A DNA stretch of 64,000 bases from assembly GCA_023205875.1 (NCBI GenBank), contig CP060762.1, forward strand, positions 62,001-126,000, given 5' to 3'. Under the pieces are notes generated by a model. It saw nothing but the letters and a program-made list of their open reading frames with translations, had not been told where the DNA came from and searched no databases. Shown here one piece after another: positions 61,040-64,000 of this stretch; the stretch's first letter is position 1, and each line of letters starts with the position of its first letter. This DNA comes from Chloropicon primus (taxonomy: Eukaryota). The position numbers and the translations under genes were made by a program.

Positions 61040-62076
61040 GATGTCGGCTTCTTCCTTCGTTCACACGACTAAGAAGTCTCGCCTCGCTCTGCCCAAGCTT
61101 CTCTCTCAGGGTTGGCACAACCTCCAGCGTTGGCACACTTTATGGAAAGTCCACAACACAAGAGACGCAGCGGCACCCCTTCCCCGTCTTCCTTCCAAGG
61201 TCCCGCCTTGGCCTAAAACACCAACTCGTGACTGTTGTCCGGCACAGAGCCAACCACCACACCAACACCAGCACAAGAGCGCAAGAAGAGTTAGTTTCAA
61301 CGCGTTCCAATACACTTCTATGAGTCCACCAAAGACGCCTCCTACGTCCACCAAGGTCTCAAACGGAAGGAAGGCCAGGAGTCCAGGTCCCTCCCAAGGT
61401 CCCTGCTTCTTCTCCGTCCCTGGGCACAAGGACCCGTCCTCAACACCCAGTCACTCACCTCAAAACCTCTTGGGACGTCCTCTGTCCTCCTTCGCCCCCA
61501 GTCAGTCAACACAAACGGCTTCCTCGTCGAAAACCATTGGAATCGCTGGGGTCAACCGTATCCGCAAATTATCCAGTAGTCTATCAAGTATAATCACACA
61601 TGTAAAAGTAGTCCGTTCGTCCGTCACGGATTCACTTCACTCTGGATAAGGATCGACGGACAGAGGACGAGAGGGGTTAGGACCAGGAGGGGAAGGAGGA
61701 GGGCAGGGGAATGTGTTTGAGGTGTCGCTCACCGTTTTCCTCATCTCGTCAGCTTTCTTTGGATACCAAACTTGAAGGATTCTGTGCTGTGTGGAACAAG
61801 GGAGGCCACATGGCTTGAGGAGAAGAGGTCACGGACAGATTGATTTGAAAAGGAGGTCACGTCTCACAGACGGAGGAAAGGGGAGAGGCGTCGGGCGGCG
61901 GGGTTTCGCGTTTGATTGAGACGATCTCTTTCTCTCTCTCTCTCTCGTTGCGTGGACCGCTTTCACTCCAGCGCGCGCAAGAGAGAAGTTTTGTTTTGAA
62001 TTGGTTTTTGAGGAGACAACAAGAGGGAAGGGTCTTGCGTTTGGTGAGCATTGGAGGGGCGACGCCTGGCGTGTGG

Positions 62077-62610
62077 ATGACATTGGCGTGCAGCAGACAG
62101 GGCACTACTTTGGTCTCGCGACGTTTTACGTCATTCAGTCCAAGGCGAGTTTGGGTTTGCCCTCGAGGGAGCAAGGGAGGAGTAACGAGGATTGTGAGGA
62201 TGAGTGGAGGGGAGGCGAAGCACACGATTGATGCGGAGGGGCTGCCCTACGCCCCCGAGAAGCTGGAGAGGAAAAAGGACGTCAGTTGGAAGGATTTCAG
62301 CGGGGTCGACCTGCGGGCAGGGAGGATCTTGCGGGTGGAAGACTTTCCCCAAATGCGGAAGCCGAGCTACAAGCTCGAGGTGGACTTCGGTCCGGTGGTG
62401 GGGAAGCTCTGGACGAGCGCCCAAGTCACGAACTACTCCAAAGAGGAGCTCCTCGGCCGAATGGTCGTGGGGACGATCAACTTGGGGAAGAAGAAACTTC
62501 CAACAGGTTTCATCTCCGAGTTCCTCGTGATGGGAGCCCTGAATCCGGACGGCACGGTGAAGCTGCTGCAGCTCCCGGGCGACACCTTGGAAGGGAGCTG
62601 CGTGATGTGA
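62077..62610 (+). CDS. csaA: CsaA/Trbp111-type OB-fold tRNA-binding chaperone with probable organellar presequence
   Basis: W.DF..VDLR.G.I..VEDFP..RKPSYKL.VDFG..G...SAQVT.Y..EEL.GR.V....N...K....F.SE.LV.G. ATGs at 62077 and 62200. Confidence 0.88.
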   Translation: MTLACSRQGTTLVSRRFTSFSPRRVWVCPRGSKGGVTRIVRMSGGEAKHTIDAEGLPYAPEKLERKKDVSWKDFSGVDLRAGRILRVEDFPQMRKPSYKLEVDFGPVVGKLWTSAQVTNYSKEELLGRMVVGTINLGKKKLPTGFISEFLVMGALNPDGTVKLLQLPGDTLEGSCVM

Positions 62611-62835
62611 GAAACGCAAGGTGGAGGAGAGCTGAAGGGCTTCTGTGTTTCGACTACGCAAGTGGCTTCAAACCAAACAAGACCTAAGATTCCCTAGGCA
62701 CATTGATATTCATTGATTCATTCCAGGATTTCTCTAGACACAACAACACAAGAGAGAGAGAGAGAAGGAGATCGGCGCTGAGGCGGGCGACCGACCAACC
62801 AATCGAACCAAAGAGCCTTATCAATTCTCGGTAGG

Positions 62836-63239
62836 ATGTCACTCCAGGACTTCCAGGACTACGTCAATGAAGCGAGAAAGAGCATGCAGGGGAGGAAGGG
62901 TGAGCGTCTTCCCCTACTGGAGTTTCACCTCGAAGAAGCGGAAGCGGAACTGGGTCTGAGCAAGAAGAAGGTGTGTTGATTTCGGTCCCCTTCCTCGTAG
63001 CGCATCGCACGGACTGCTAAGGCGTTTCTCTCCCTGTCTCTCTGCCTTCCCCACCAATTCCTATTTTGTTTCAGATGAAGGAATACGCCCGAGCGACCGG
63101 ACTCTGTCTCTCAAACTTCGTCCTCTATGGGTCGCCAGGGAAACTCCGTCGCTTCCTTCGCGATCATCCTTCCCAGATCATCAGCAGAGAGAAAGCTAAA
63201 GAGCACAAGCTCGTGAAGTTCTTCCTGGTTCGCTTATAG
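62836..63239 (+). CDS. Hypothetical 99-aa protein; exons 62836-62970 and 63075-63239
   Basis: ATG at 62836, GT donor at 62971, pyrimidine tract and CAG at 63074. The in-frame join gives MSLQDFQDYV...KKKMKEYARATGL...KLVKFFLVRL. Confidence 0.6.
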
Positions 63240-63361
63240 CTTTGAACCACAGCAAGGGCAGCTGATAAAATTTTCCTTGGCACCAAACGCCAGCTCGGGT
63301 TCCTATGCTCGAAAGCAGCTGTGCATTAGCTTGAATGAAAAATACATTTACAGGAAGCGTC

Positions 63362-63949
63362 TTAGGACGACGAGGACTTCTTTCTCTGCACGTTCGCGTC
63401 TTGCGTTTCCCTTCTCTTCCTCTTCAGGTTGGCGGCCTGCTTCTTTTTGTTGTCCATCTCGGCCACTTCGGCCTCCGTCTTGCTCACGTAAGCGTGGTAG
63501 AGGACCTTCCCCTCGCAGACCCCCTCTTCAATCTTCACCAGGCTAAGCTCCAGCCTTGGTCCTATCTCCCGAAGCTTCACCACATTCTTCTTCACCCCTC
63601 CACCGCCCCTGACCTTTGCGACTGCAGCCACGCCATCGCTGCCCCCGGCCTCCGCGTCCACGGTGTTCTCCTCCTTCTCTTCCGGGTCCGAGTCCTCTGA
63701 GCCGCTTGAGTCCTCGTCGCCGCCATTCAGATCGTCCTGGAGGTACTGGCTTATATCTTGCAGGTGGCCGAGCTCCGGAAGGTCCCTCTTCAGGATGTTC
63801 CTCACGCTTTTCGAGATCCCCGCAGGCTGCTGTGAGATGTTGTAGTGCCTGAATTGGAACTTGTTCTCCTCGCTCGAGTAGTGGACCATCACGACGCGCT
63901 GACAGTTTGCTATCTTGAGGGAGTTCACCTCCATCGTCGGAAACATGTT
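63362..63949 (-). CDS. PPAN: Last exon of Brix-domain ribosome biogenesis protein Peter Pan/SSF1 (5' part beyond the window)
   Basis: NMFP......CQRVV...FRHY.I...G.SK...VKLREIGPRL.L.L.KIEEG...GKVLYH. CAG acceptor at 63950. Confidence 0.92.
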   Translation of the reverse strand, partial: NMFPTMEVNSLKIANCQRVVMVHYSSEENKFQFRHYNISQQPAGISKSVRNILKRDLPELGHLQDISQYLQDDLNGGDEDSSGSEDSDPEEKEENTVDAEAGGSDGVAAVAKVRGGGGVKKNVVKLREIGPRLELSLVKIEEGVCEGKVLYHAYVSKTEAEVAEMDNKKKQAANLKRKRRETQDANVQRKKSSSS

Positions 63950-64000
63950 CTGGGGCAACCAACCACGGGTTTCGTTTCGTTTCGTTCAGCAGAGAGAGAG

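Noticed and set aside
61040..62070. ORFs 61032-61649 and 61106-61429
   Set aside because: They have no motifs and lie in the divergent intergenic/UTR region between RSP11 and csaA.

Overview
Gene-dense, GC-rich, intron-poor eukaryotic nuclear DNA. It is most consistent with a compact green-algal picoeukaryote (Chloropicon-like). This is inferred from gene content, GT-AG introns with CTRAC branch points and TTTAGGG-type repeats, and was not verified. About 33 protein genes are supportable, including a RING-H2 ligase, lipase, ABCG, TBC RabGAP, P1B Zn/Cd ATPase, ATP-grasp, MYND/MSS51-like protein, GNAT, a large secreted Ala/Gly/Ser protein, ATP sulfurylase, a sulfotransferase-like gene with an in-frame TAG, MLH1, Y14, TFIIH p62, P2B Ca-ATPase, SUZ12/EMF2, JmjC, TPK, RPB8, RSP11, CsaA and PPAN. 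The most notable observations are: (1) a 1514-aa single-exon fusion of a signal peptide and bacterial-type Ig/beta-propeller ectodomain to an intact ATAD3-family AAA+ ATPase; (2) a polycistronic, apparently intronic cluster of at least four box C/D snoRNAs in a seemingly empty region; (3) three unrelated duplications with 178-181 bp periods, each in a divergent promoter; (4) a two-exon GON7 (KEOPS) candidate; (5) a 9x Cys-rich tandem-repeat tail on the metal ATPase with a 1-nt frameshift; (6) a 634-bp copy of the MLH1 5' coding region beside the sulfate-activation/sulfotransferase pair. All family calls come from motif recognition by eye. No searches were run.
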